Below, piece after piece: positions 53,426-61,739 of a stretch of DNA of 64,000 nt (position 1 is its first letter; every line of letters starts with the position of its first letter). A program made the position numbers and the translations under genes. Below the pieces are notes generated by a model that was given only the letters and a program-made list of their open reading frames with translations, searched no databases and had not been told where the DNA came from. The DNA lies in contig JAKATP010000003.1 in the NCBI GenBank assembly GCA_021818685.1, forward strand, positions 447-64,446, in the 5' to 3' direction. Source of the DNA: Bacillota bacterium. Its GTDB lineage: Bacteria > Bacillota > Sulfobacillia > Sulfobacillales > JAIMBI01.

Positions 53426-53674
53426 CTAAAGCCAGCGGATGATGGGGATGCTCTTCAGCAGCACCGTGATAGCCCCCAGCACGATGCCCACGATGGCGAG
53501 GCCCCGGGCTCCGGGTCTCAGCAAGCCGACGATGCCGGCGACGATCGCGACGAGACCCAGGATATCGCCGAAGGCAATGCCGATGATCGGGATCCAGCTC
53601 AGAACGAAGCCCAACACCCCTGAAAGAGCGGACAGGATTGACCACCCGCTCCGGCTCCGGTACTCGATGTACAT
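53426..53674 (-). CDS. Small membrane protein (DUF4190-like)
   Basis: 82 aa with two Gly/Ile-rich TM helices (VLGFVLSWIPIIGIAFGDILGLVAIVAGIVGLL; LAIVGIVLGAITVLL). Confidence 0.6.
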   Translation of the reverse strand: MYIEYRSRSGWSILSALSGVLGFVLSWIPIIGIAFGDILGLVAIVAGIVGLLRPGARGLAIVGIVLGAITVLLKSIPIIRWL

Positions 53675-53685
53675 GGCTCCCTCCT

Positions 53686-54333
53686 CTATCGGCGATCCGG
53701 GTTTGGCAGCGCGGTGGAATACCGGCCGTAAAACTCGTCGCGCAAGATGCCGTATACGGCAAGGTCAGTGCGGACCCCCTGGTGCACTTCGTGACGCCGG
53801 AGCGTCCCCTCATGCTGGAAGCCCACTTTCTCAAGAAGCCGGAGCGATGCCCGGTTGAACGGGTACACCTCCGCGTAGATGCGATCCAGATCCTCGAGCG
53901 AGAAACCATAATCCAGCATAAGCACGACGGCGTTGGTGGCGACGCCGTGCCGGCGCACATCCTTCTCCCCAATCACGAAGCCGATGGCAGCTCGGCGCGA
54001 GATGCGGCTCATCTCGGCGAGCTCGATATACCCGACCAGGCGATCCCCGTACTCCACGCCGAAGAGCACGAAGTCTTCTGGCGGTTCCCGCACCACTTCC
54101 TCGTAGCGGTGCAAGAAGCGGGCCCGCGACATTCTGGGACCCCATCCCGCCCAGGCATCAATCTCGGCGTCCTGGTGCCATTCGTACAGCTTGTCCAGGT
54201 CCTCAAGATCCAAAGGCCGGATCCTCACGCCATTCCGCTGCAGCACGCGATCGCCCCCGTCGACGTCATCATAGCAAGGTCCTGGGGGCCGGTCCGATCC
54301 GCATGCCAGGCCTGGAAAGCCCTCTGGTACCAT
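53686..54333 (-). CDS. GNAT family N-acetyltransferase (RimJ/RimL-like)
   Basis: VRIRPLDLEDLDKLYEW..GYIELAEMSRISRRAAIGFVIGEKDVRRHGVAT..NRASLRLLEKVGFQHEGTLR. Start is ATG 54333 or GTG 54246. The ORF-track extension to 54522 is rejected. Confidence 0.85.
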   Translation of the reverse strand: MVPEGFPGLACGSDRPPGPCYDDVDGGDRVLQRNGVRIRPLDLEDLDKLYEWHQDAEIDAWAGWGPRMSRARFLHRYEEVVREPPEDFVLFGVEYGDRLVGYIELAEMSRISRRAAIGFVIGEKDVRRHGVATNAVVLMLDYGFSLEDLDRIYAEVYPFNRASLRLLEKVGFQHEGTLRRHEVHQGVRTDLAVYGILRDEFYGRYSTALPNPDRR

Positions 54334-54354
54334 GGGAAGCGCGAGGAGGCAGTC

Positions 54355-54690
54355 ATGGTTCTTCCTGAGGTTGGAGAGGTCACTTTCGACGAGGACGTGC
54401 TCCGCTCGCCCGTGCCGGTGGTGGTCGTGTTCGGGGCGCCTTGGTGACCGCACTGCCGGCGGCTGGGTCCAGTCGCAGAACAGGTGGCAGACCACGTCGG
54501 GGATGGAGTCGTGATGGTGCACGTCGACACCGACGAGGAGCCGGAGTTGGCATCGCGATATCGCGTGGTCGGAATTCCCACGACCATCCGGTTCGTGAGC
54601 GGTGAAGAGACGGGCCGGCTCATAGGCTTCCGATCTGAAGAGGAGCTCACGGCCTTCGCCCGAGGCATTAAGAAGCCGCGGACGGTATAG
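54355..54690 (+). CDS. Thioredoxin with an in-frame TGA (54445-54447) at the first active-site Cys; candidate selenoprotein (W-U-P-H-C), otherwise a pseudogene
   Basis: RBS GAGGAGG lies 4 nt before ATG 54355. Joined translation: MVLPEVGEVTFDEDVLRSPVPVVVVFGAPW*PHCRRLGPVAEQVADHVGDGVVMVHVDTDEEPELASRYRVVGIPTTIRFVSGEETGRLIGFRSEEELTAFARGIKKPRTV. It is colinear with classical Trx (WCGPC, cis-Pro GIPT). Confidence 0.65.
54453..54483 (+). promoter_or_regulatory. SECIS-like stem-loop downstream of the thioredoxin TGA
   Basis: Upper stem GCGGCUG/CAGUCGC (54459-54465 / 54470-54476; 6 Watson-Crick pairs plus 1 G-U) with apical loop GGUC at 54466-54469. That places the loop at +22..+25 from the U of UGA. 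A lower 3-bp stem CUG/CAG lies at 54453-55 / 54481-83. Confidence 0.55.
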
Positions 54691-57129
54691 CTACGGGGAC
54701 GGTTCCGCCCCTGCCGCCGACAGGACCACGATGTTGAGGGTCCGGCCGGGCACGTAAACGACGCGCGCCGGCGGTCCTGACAGCGCGGCTTTAACGCGAT
54801 CCCGCTCCATCGCGAGGGCGACTGCCGCCTCCTCGGGCAGGTCCACGGGTACCGTCATGCGATCGCGCACCCGGCCGTTAACCTGGATTGGAATCTCCAC
54901 CTCGTCGTCCTTCAAGTAGCGCTCGTCTGCGACCGGCCAGGACGCGGTCCAGATCCCGCCCGCATGTCCCGTCCGTTCCCACAGTTCGTCCGCGATCGCG
55001 GGCGTGAACGGCCACAAGAGGATGAGCAGCGTTTCTACGTCCTCTCGGGCGGTTCCGTTCAGGCTGAGAGCATTTACGTATTCCATCAGCGCGGCCACGG
55101 CGGTGTTGTAATGCAGCACCGCGATGTCGCGGGTCACCCGGGCGATGGTGCGGTGACGAATGCGCACCGAGGCCTCGGTCGGCGCACCGCGATACCCCTG
55201 TACAGAAGCGCCGTTCACCAGATCCCACACCCGGTGCAGGAACCGCTCGATACCGCGGATACCCTGATCCGAAAAGTCTGAACCTTCCTGGTAGGGACCC
55301 ATGAACATGAGGTACATGCGAGTAGTGTCGGCGCCATAACGGTCAAAGAGGTGATCGGGGTTCACCACGTTGCCCCGGGACTTTGACATCTTCGCCCCGT
55401 TCATGATCATCATCCCGTGCGCCCGGAATTGCTGAAACGGCTCATCAAACCCAATGACGCCCATTTCCTTCAGCACCATGCACACGAAGCGCGTGTACAA
55501 GAGATGCAGCACCGAGTGCTCCTTGCCACCGATGTACATGTCGACCGGAAGCCACCGGGCTGTCCGTTCCGGGTCCACGATGCCGGCATCGCAGTCGGTG
55601 GAAGGGTAGCGCAGGTAATACCAGGCCGAGTCGAGAAAGTTGTCGGACACGTCGGTCTCCCGCCGCCCCGGCCCCCCGCAGCGGGGACAGGTCGTGTTCA
55701 CAAACTCAGGCACCGCCGCCAGCGGAGACACTCCCGTCCCGGTGGGCCGGAAGTCCTCGACGTAGGGCAGCACCACAGGCAGGTCCTCTTCCGGGACTGG
55801 AACGATACCGCACCGGTCGCAATAGATGAGGGGGATGGGCGGTCCCCAGTAGCGCTGGCGAGAGATGAGCCAGTCACGCAGACGATAGGTCACACGGCGA
55901 TGCCCGAGTCCCTCATGCTCGGCCCACTCGATGACGGCCTCTTTGGCATCCGTACTGGAAAGACCGTCGTAGGGTCCGGAATGAACCACGGTGCCTTCCC
56001 CACCAAACGCCTCGGTGAGCGGTTCTGACAGCCCTCCCGCTGGTGTTACCACCACCGGCGTCGGCAGACCAAATACCTGCGCAAATGCGAAGTCGCGTTC
56101 GTCGTGTGCCGGTACCGCCATGATGGCGCCCGTACCGTAGCTGCCCAGAACATAGTCCGCGACCCAGATGGGAATCTCCTCGCCGGTCGCAAGATTGAGC
56201 GCCCGCGCTCCGGTGTCCACCCCCGTCTTTGCCCGCGTCATGTCCATGCGGTCCGCATCTCGGCGCACTGACGCCTCGCGGACGTAGGCATCCACCGCGG
56301 GCCGCCGGTCCGGCGTCACGATGTCCGCCACCAGAGGGTGCTCCGGCGCCAGGACCATGAAGGACGCGCCATAGATGGTATCGGGGCGCGTCGTGAAAAA
56401 GGCCACTTCGAGCCCGGGGCGGCCCACGACCGGAAATGCCATTTCCAGGCCCTCGCTCCGGCCGATCCAATTGCGCTGGGCGGTCTTCACCACCTCGGAC
56501 CAGTCAAGATCGGGCAGGTGGTCAAGCAACCGGTCAGCATAGCGGGTGATCTTGAGGAACCACTGCTCAAGGTTCTTGGTCACCACAGCCGTCCCGCAGC
56601 GCTCACAGGCTCCTTGGATCACCTGCTCATCCGCCAGCACGGTCAGGCAGGACGGGCACCAGTTAACAGGCGCCATGCGACGCTCTGCCAGACCCCGTTT
56701 GAACATCTGCAGAAAAATCCACTGCGTGAAGCGGTAGTACTCTGGCGACGTGGTATCCACCTCGTGCGACCAGGCGAACCGGCCCTCCATACGGTGGAGT
56801 TGCTCGCGGAAATGGCGAACGTTCTCCGCCACCAGCTGCATCGGATGCTTATTCACTTTGAGCGCAAAGTTCTCACTGTGCATGCCGAATGCGTCAAAAC
56901 CGATGGGCTCAAACACGTCATAGCCGCAGAGCACCTTGTAACGCCCGTGGACGTCCACGCCCGTGAAGGCAAACACGTTGCCGATGTGCAGCCCCTCAGC
57001 GGACGGGTACGGGAACATAAGCAAGTTGTAGAAGGGCCGCGGGGCATGGTCGAGATCTACCTCGCCCACCCCTTCATCCGCCCAGCGCTTCCGCCACTTG
57101 GCCTCGATGGTTCCCGGGTCGTAGCCCAC
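54691..57129 (-). CDS. leuS: Leucine--tRNA ligase
   Basis: 812 aa with a GTG start. HIGH region PYPSAEGLHIGN and KMSKS region GAKMSKSRGN. Confidence 0.97.
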   Translation of the reverse strand: MGYDPGTIEAKWRKRWADEGVGEVDLDHAPRPFYNLLMFPYPSAEGLHIGNVFAFTGVDVHGRYKVLCGYDVFEPIGFDAFGMHSENFALKVNKHPMQLVAENVRHFREQLHRMEGRFAWSHEVDTTSPEYYRFTQWIFLQMFKRGLAERRMAPVNWCPSCLTVLADEQVIQGACERCGTAVVTKNLEQWFLKITRYADRLLDHLPDLDWSEVVKTAQRNWIGRSEGLEMAFPVVGRPGLEVAFFTTRPDTIYGASFMVLAPEHPLVADIVTPDRRPAVDAYVREASVRRDADRMDMTRAKTGVDTGARALNLATGEEIPIWVADYVLGSYGTGAIMAVPAHDERDFAFAQVFGLPTPVVVTPAGGLSEPLTEAFGGEGTVVHSGPYDGLSSTDAKEAVIEWAEHEGLGHRRVTYRLRDWLISRQRYWGPPIPLIYCDRCGIVPVPEEDLPVVLPYVEDFRPTGTGVSPLAAVPEFVNTTCPRCGGPGRRETDVSDNFLDSAWYYLRYPSTDCDAGIVDPERTARWLPVDMYIGGKEHSVLHLLYTRFVCMVLKEMGVIGFDEPFQQFRAHGMMIMNGAKMSKSRGNVVNPDHLFDRYGADTTRMYLMFMGPYQEGSDFSDQGIRGIERFLHRVWDLVNGASVQGYRGAPTEASVRIRHRTIARVTRDIAVLHYNTAVAALMEYVNALSLNGTAREDVETLLILLWPFTPAIADELWERTGHAGGIWTASWPVADERYLKDDEVEIPIQVNGRVRDRMTVPVDLPEEAAVALAMERDRVKAALSGPPARVVYVPGRTLNIVVLSAAGAEPSP

Positions 57130-57385
57130 GATGTTAGCCTCCTATGACAACCGTGACAACCGCCGGTGAACCGGTAAACCCCGGGTAACGGGGCAGGACA
57201 CCGATGGCGGCGGCTTTCGGTCCGTCCGTCAACCGGCACTCCGGTTCTTTGAAGGATAAGTCTTGCTGGCCAGTGTAACATCGTCGGCCCCCGCCACGAT
57301 AGCTTCACCCTGCGTCATGTGCTTGTCCGACCGTCCACCGATGAAGAGACGCGGCAGCAAGCTCCGCTTACTCTGCGGGACCGAG

Positions 57386-58201
57386 TCACGAACGCATATT
57401 CCACGCCCGATCCTTGCTCCCCCGACGCCGCCGCCAGGTCGCCCGAAAGGCCGTGAGTGCTTCGCGGTCGCTCGGATGGGATTGCACATAATCCCGGACG
57501 AACTCCGACGCCCCCGAGCATCCAACCGCCAGGATCCGTCGGCTCGCAGCCTCGACATCGTAGACAGTCTGCCGAAATACTACTGTCGGACCCAAAACCA
57601 ATGACGAAGCTCCATCATGTCCATAGGGCATGCCCACACTCCCGGCATTCGCAACCAGACACCGATCCACGCGGCGGTAAAAAGGCATATGCGTGTGTCC
57701 CAGTACGATCGCGGCGGCGTCCGTGCCCGCCAATACGGCATCCCACCCCGCCATGGGTGTGTCCACCAGCACGATGTCCATGAGCGACCGGGGCGTAGCA
57801 TGAACGAAGAGGACGTCGCCGATGCCGTCGATAGGAAGGGTGGCCTTTGTCGGCCAGCCGGCAATCAGATCCCGCGTGGTCCGAGCCATGTGCGGCGCCG
57901 TCCATAAGGTCAGAGCGTCCCAGTCGTGGTCGCCTGTGGCCGGGTACCGGCCGTCAACGGCATCCACCACCTCCTGATCGGCGTTACCCCGAATAAAATG
58001 TACGGGATACGGCAGGGCCAGCAGGAGATCGAGGGTCCCTCGGGGATCCGGCCCGGTCAGCACATCTCCGGTGACCACCACGGCGTCAACACGCGACCCC
58101 TCCCCCTCCGCCAGCACGGCCTCCAGTGCCGGCGTGTTGCCGCGGATATCCGGAGCACCAGCACCCGCATCGGGTTCAACACTTCTTTGTGCGGCCAACA
58201 C
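57386..58201 (-). CDS. Metallophosphoesterase family protein (YfcE/MJ0936-like) with an atypical motif I
   Basis: VVVTGDVLTGPDP, FIRGNADQ, FVHATPRS, IVLGHTHMPF. The first motif reads PDIRGN where SDIHGN is expected. Confidence 0.75.
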   Translation of the reverse strand: MLAAQRSVEPDAGAGAPDIRGNTPALEAVLAEGEGSRVDAVVVTGDVLTGPDPRGTLDLLLALPYPVHFIRGNADQEVVDAVDGRYPATGDHDWDALTLWTAPHMARTTRDLIAGWPTKATLPIDGIGDVLFVHATPRSLMDIVLVDTPMAGWDAVLAGTDAAAIVLGHTHMPFYRRVDRCLVANAGSVGMPYGHDGASSLVLGPTVVFRQTVYDVEAASRRILAVGCSGASEFVRDYVQSHPSDREALTAFRATWRRRRGSKDRAWNMRS

Positions 58202-58290
58202 CGCTTCCTTCTGGCTCCGGAAAATGGCCTCCCCGCTCCTCGCCGATCATGTCCCGTCTGCCCGCCGCACGTGACACGCCCACAGCGCCT

Positions 58291-59295
58291 TTATGGACCT
58301 TCATCCGCCCGCACAGGGCATCCAGCCTCCGCCAGTCTCTCTTCGGCAATCTGAACCGCCTCTGGCAGACGATCCACCAGGTAGAAGCGGCGTCCGGTCC
58401 GGCAGGCAGCCACACCGGTGGTACCGGATCCGGCCATGAAGTCGCCGATCAGCCCGCCAGGGGGTACACTGGCCCGGCAGACGCGCTCCAAGAGCGCGAC
58501 CGGCTTCTGGGTGGGATAACCGGTGCGTTCCTCTGCGCTGGTGTTGATGATGGGGATGTCCCAGACACTGTCGACGGCACGACCGCGGCTCACCTGCTCA
58601 TCCACGTAGATCCGGTACGCCTTGGACCGGCCGCGGCCGGCATGCCCCCAGATCCACTCGCGGCCGTCGGGATCGTGATGAAGCTGTTGACGCTTCATGT
58701 GAAGGTAGTCCTCCCGGCTCCAGGCCTCAGCCAGGGGACTCAGACGGCTCTTGTCGCCGCGTGCATACAGCAAGAGCGTATCGTGTTTCTGGTTGAATCG
58801 GCGGTCGGCCGGTGTCCGGCGCCCCGTATAATGCCAGACTATCTCGTTCCGAAAATGGCGCGCCCCGAAGATCCCGTCCGTCAGCACCTTCGCGTAGTGG
58901 ACGCTGTGCCAGTCGAGATGAAGCCAGAACCAGCCGGCCGGGACCAGGAGCCGGTGCGCCTGTGCAACAAACGGGGAGAGCCAGTTCAAATAGGCATCCA
59001 TGCTGGGCCACTGGTCGGTGAACAGCCCCCGATCGCCGCGTTTAGGCTTGCCGGTACGGAACGGCGGATCGAGGTAGATGGCGTCGAATGAGGCGTCAGG
59101 GAGGGCGCGCATGGCCGTAAGCCCGTCTCCCAGTGCGATCCGCCCCACCGCCTGGGCCGTGCCGACCGACTGCTCCGCTCCCGTCAGGTCCCTGCCCATA
59201 GTCTCACTGTTCCGCGACGGCACGTACACACCCCGTTCACTCACGACGGCATACTCCGTGAAGTGTAGCTGCTTGTGCGTCTTCGATCGCGCCAT
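58291..59295 (-). CDS. Site-specific DNA methyltransferase, beta class (N6_N4_Mtase family; DPPF suggests N6-adenine)
   Basis: Motif IV FDAIYLDPPF precedes motif I DFMAGSGTTGVAA (beta permutation). Strong RBS GGGAGGTG. No nuclease gene recognised nearby. Confidence 0.85.
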   Translation of the reverse strand: MARSKTHKQLHFTEYAVVSERGVYVPSRNSETMGRDLTGAEQSVGTAQAVGRIALGDGLTAMRALPDASFDAIYLDPPFRTGKPKRGDRGLFTDQWPSMDAYLNWLSPFVAQAHRLLVPAGWFWLHLDWHSVHYAKVLTDGIFGARHFRNEIVWHYTGRRTPADRRFNQKHDTLLLYARGDKSRLSPLAEAWSREDYLHMKRQQLHHDPDGREWIWGHAGRGRSKAYRIYVDEQVSRGRAVDSVWDIPIINTSAEERTGYPTQKPVALLERVCRASVPPGGLIGDFMAGSGTTGVAACRTGRRFYLVDRLPEAVQIAEERLAEAGCPVRADEGP

Positions 59296-59479
59296 CTCAC
59301 ACCTCCCACCGCCTCATTGGAGGCTTGTGGACGAAGTCGCCGCCGCGCGGATGCCCATCGGTGCCGCAGGCGGGCCCTTCGACCTCGGCCTCGGGTGCGT
59401 GGCGTCCCTCCGAACGTACGCCACGCCGCGGCCGCCTGGCGGCCGATATTTCTGACAGACGACGGTGTGCGCCACCACC

Positions 59480-59764
59480 TCAAGACCCGATGGCGGGCGA
59501 GCCATCCGTCCCCCGGAGCCGCGCATACAGTCGGGGCGCCTGCTCGCGTGCGACCTGGAGGAGCTCGCCCCACGTCTTTGGATCCACGATGAGGGGCGAG
59601 CGGTGAAACCGGCCGCCGTGGTCATACCAACAAAAGCGCAGGAGTTCAGAGCCGTCCTGCATAAAAATGAGCTGCGCCACGGCCACGTGATACGGCGTGG
59701 TCAGGCGCACCTCCTCCGCCACGGTTCCCTCGCCCCAATGCAGATGCACCTTAGCTGCAGCCAT
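59480..59764 (-). CDS. Hypothetical small protein, paralog B of a tandem pair
   Basis: 94 aa. RBS GGAGGA lies 5 nt before the ATG. Shares HLHxGxGxVxEEVR..QLI..DGSELLRxCxYDHxG..APRLYA with the upstream ORF. Confidence 0.6.
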   Translation of the reverse strand: MAAAKVHLHWGEGTVAEEVRLTTPYHVAVAQLIFMQDGSELLRFCWYDHGGRFHRSPLIVDPKTWGELLQVAREQAPRLYARLRGTDGSPAIGS

Positions 59765-59832
59765 CTTATTCCTCCGCCCTCAACGCCACGAGCGTCGCCA
59801 ACGTCCACGGGGGTGGCACGCGACGATGAGCG

Positions 59833-60180
59833 CTATATTGGCCCGTGCGGGTTCCTAGACCATGCCTCCCGACGACCGCCGAGTCCACCAGGTCCACCGC
59901 ATCTTCTATCTATGAACGACCCAGCACCCGTAAGAGGCGCGTAGAGCCGCGGCGCTGAACACCCTGCGGCGCAAACAACCTCAAGCCCGGTTTCGGACTC
60001 CCGGATGCAGGGCCTCAGATGAAGCCACCCCTCATGGTCGTACCGGCACAGGCGTAGAAGTTCGCTGCCGTCATCCCCATCGATAAGCTGCGGGCCGACA
60101 ACGTGCGGGGCAGTCGGATACCGGACTTCCTCCACCACCATGCCGTCGCCCCCATGGAGGTGTGCCCGCGCGTCACGCAT
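59833..60180 (-). CDS. Hypothetical small protein, paralog A of a tandem pair
   Basis: 115 aa. RBS GGGGGAG lies 4 nt before the ATG. The start overlaps the stop of the upstream HEAT-repeat gene by 8 nt. The C-terminal third diverges from paralog B. Confidence 0.55.
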   Translation of the reverse strand: MRDARAHLHGGDGMVVEEVRYPTAPHVVGPQLIDGDDGSELLRLCRYDHEGWLHLRPCIRESETGLEVVCAAGCSAPRLYAPLTGAGSFIDRRCGGPGGLGGRREAWSRNPHGPI

Positions 60181-60949
60181 CGAACTCCCCCCGCTTAAGC
60201 AATCGACCGAGGCCGCTCAGGACAGGTTTCGGCAACGCTTCCCGAGTCCAGACGCCGAGGACCTCGCCAATCACGTCCTGATTGGCCCGCGCGCCGGCAC
60301 TGCGAAGCGCGTCCGCTACGTTCTTCCAGAAGGTTCGACTGACCCTCCCCGTCTCCACGCGTGTTTTCAGAAAGGCGGCCGTCTCGGTCGGATAGCGCCG
60401 GAGCAGTGCATCCCCGATGAGAAACCCACCGACGTTCGCCTGTACATACACGTCTGCATCGTCAATGACGACCTCGAGGAGCGAAAGCGAGTCCGAGGCG
60501 GACAATGAGCCGTCCAGCACGAGGCTCCGGATCGCCAGCACGGCAGCCCGCCGAAGGCGCCCACCGGCGCTAATCCACTCCTGAAGACCCGGGATCGGAT
60601 CCTGACCCAGGGTTTTTCGATAAGGATCTACGGCCCATTCCCGCACTTCCCAGTCTTCGTCGAGAGCGAGGGTGCGGGCGCGGGTCTCGACCTCGGCCTC
60701 CGGATACACGCCCAGGGTCAGAAGACAGGCGCCTACCTCGCGCACGGCGGCCAGTGCATGGGTGAGAAGGACATCGACTGCACCCAGGTCGCCAGCGGGG
60801 ATGACTTGCTCGAAACGGCGCGCAAACCGGCGCTTCGCCGCCGCGGGAAGCCCGGGCTTGCCGTGGTGGATGGTATGCGTGGCCTCGTCGACCAATTGGC
60901 CCAAGAGTTCCTCGAAGGCCGCGGACCCGGTCATCGTCACCGGCTTCAC
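60173..60949 (-). CDS. HEAT-like repeat protein, DNA alkylation repair (AlkD/PF08713)-like
   Basis: 258 aa, all-helical pattern. DEDWEVREWAVDPYRK and RLRRAAVLAIRSL resemble the W-x-x-R-E / RAA repeats of this family. Assigned from memory of family motifs only. GTG start. Confidence 0.5.
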   Translation of the reverse strand: MKPVTMTGSAAFEELLGQLVDEATHTIHHGKPGLPAAAKRRFARRFEQVIPAGDLGAVDVLLTHALAAVREVGACLLTLGVYPEAEVETRARTLALDEDWEVREWAVDPYRKTLGQDPIPGLQEWISAGGRLRRAAVLAIRSLVLDGSLSASDSLSLLEVVIDDADVYVQANVGGFLIGDALLRRYPTETAAFLKTRVETGRVSRTFWKNVADALRSAGARANQDVIGEVLGVWTREALPKPVLSGLGRLLKRGEFDA

Positions 60950-61029
60950 CTAGTCGACCGCGTTCGCCATCATCGCCCTCCATTCCTTCGCGCCCAGAGG
61001 CCGAGACATCACCTGGCTCCACCCACCTA

Positions 61030-61060
61030 AAAAAGCTGCCCCGGCATAACCGGGACAGCC
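61030..61060 (-). terminator. Intrinsic terminator after the tRNA cluster
   Basis: Minus strand CUGUCCCGG-UUAU-GCCGGGGCAG (one mismatch) followed by CUUUUUU. Confidence 0.7.
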
Positions 61061-61066
61061 AATCCT

Positions 61067-61219
<153 letters not shown>

Positions 61220-61226
61220 ATATCAA

Positions 61227-61312
61227 TGGTGGAGGGGGTTGGATTCGAACCAACGTAGGCGTAAGCCAGCGATTTTACAGACCGCCCCCTTTAGCCTCTC
61301 GGGCACCCCTCC
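61227..61312 (-). tRNA. tRNA-Tyr (anticodon GUA), class II long variable arm, CCA encoded
   Basis: GGAGGGG TG CCC GAGAGGCTAAA GGG G GCGGT CTGTAAA ATCGC TGGCTTACGCCTAC GTTGG TTCGAAT CCAAC CCCCTCC A CCA. Confidence 0.88.
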
Positions 61313-61368
61313 GAAGTACTGTGTCACGGCAACGCCGTACCCTACGCATGCGCCGCCCGTGTCGCTCA

Positions 61369-61398
61369 GAATATCACGCAGCGCGATTTCTCCGCAAC
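61369..61398 (-). promoter_or_regulatory. Candidate promoter for the tRNA cluster
   Basis: Minus strand TTGCGG, 18 nt, TGA-TATTCT (extended -10). Lies about 55 nt upstream of tRNA-Tyr. Confidence 0.35.
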
Positions 61399-61453
61399 CC
61401 GAATGAGGTGGACCACCGTGCCATTTAGCGGATCGTTTTGCGCGGCTGCCGGA

Positions 61454-61705
61454 TCAAGATGATACTCCCTGACGCCACTGTCGGTTGAACAGAATCCAGT
61501 CACGCTCGGACTCCGGAACCCGATCCAGCGGAAAGATGGCGCCGACCGGGCACACGGGGTCGCATAGGCCGCAATCGGTGCATGCATCAGGGTCGATAAG
61601 GCGCGTGAAGCGTCCTCGGTGAATAGCCTTAGCCTCGCACACGCGCTCGCACTCCGGCTCAAACGTGGCTTCATCGATACAGGCCGATGTGATAACGTAC
61701 GCCAC
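61454..61705 (-). CDS. Ferredoxin (FdxA-like, 7Fe-type Cys pattern)
   Basis: 83 aa. MAYVITSACIDE..C..C then CTDCGLCDPVCPVGAIF. Confidence 0.75.
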   Translation of the reverse strand: MAYVITSACIDEATFEPECERVCEAKAIHRGRFTRLIDPDACTDCGLCDPVCPVGAIFPLDRVPESERDWILFNRQWRQGVSS

Positions 61706-61739
61706 GACCTGGCTCCTCTCTCAGTGGTGCTTCGAGTGT

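Noticed and set aside
53638-54354. 269-aa plus-strand ORF (53638..54447) and 239-aa minus-strand ORF (53253..53972)
   Set aside because: Both overlap the GNAT gene or the small membrane gene in other frames and lack motifs. Only the last 31 codons of 53638..54447 are real, forming the thioredoxin N-terminus.
57130-57385. Possible T-box riboswitch in the 256-nt leader upstream of leuS
   Set aside because: I transcribed the minus strand and looked for the T-box sequence (AANNNGGGTGGNACCGCG), an AGAGA/GA-motif Stem I and a terminator. Only loose fragments are present (CCGTTA, GGTGGAC) and they are in the wrong order, and there is no convincing terminator. I cannot support this call without a covariance-model search.
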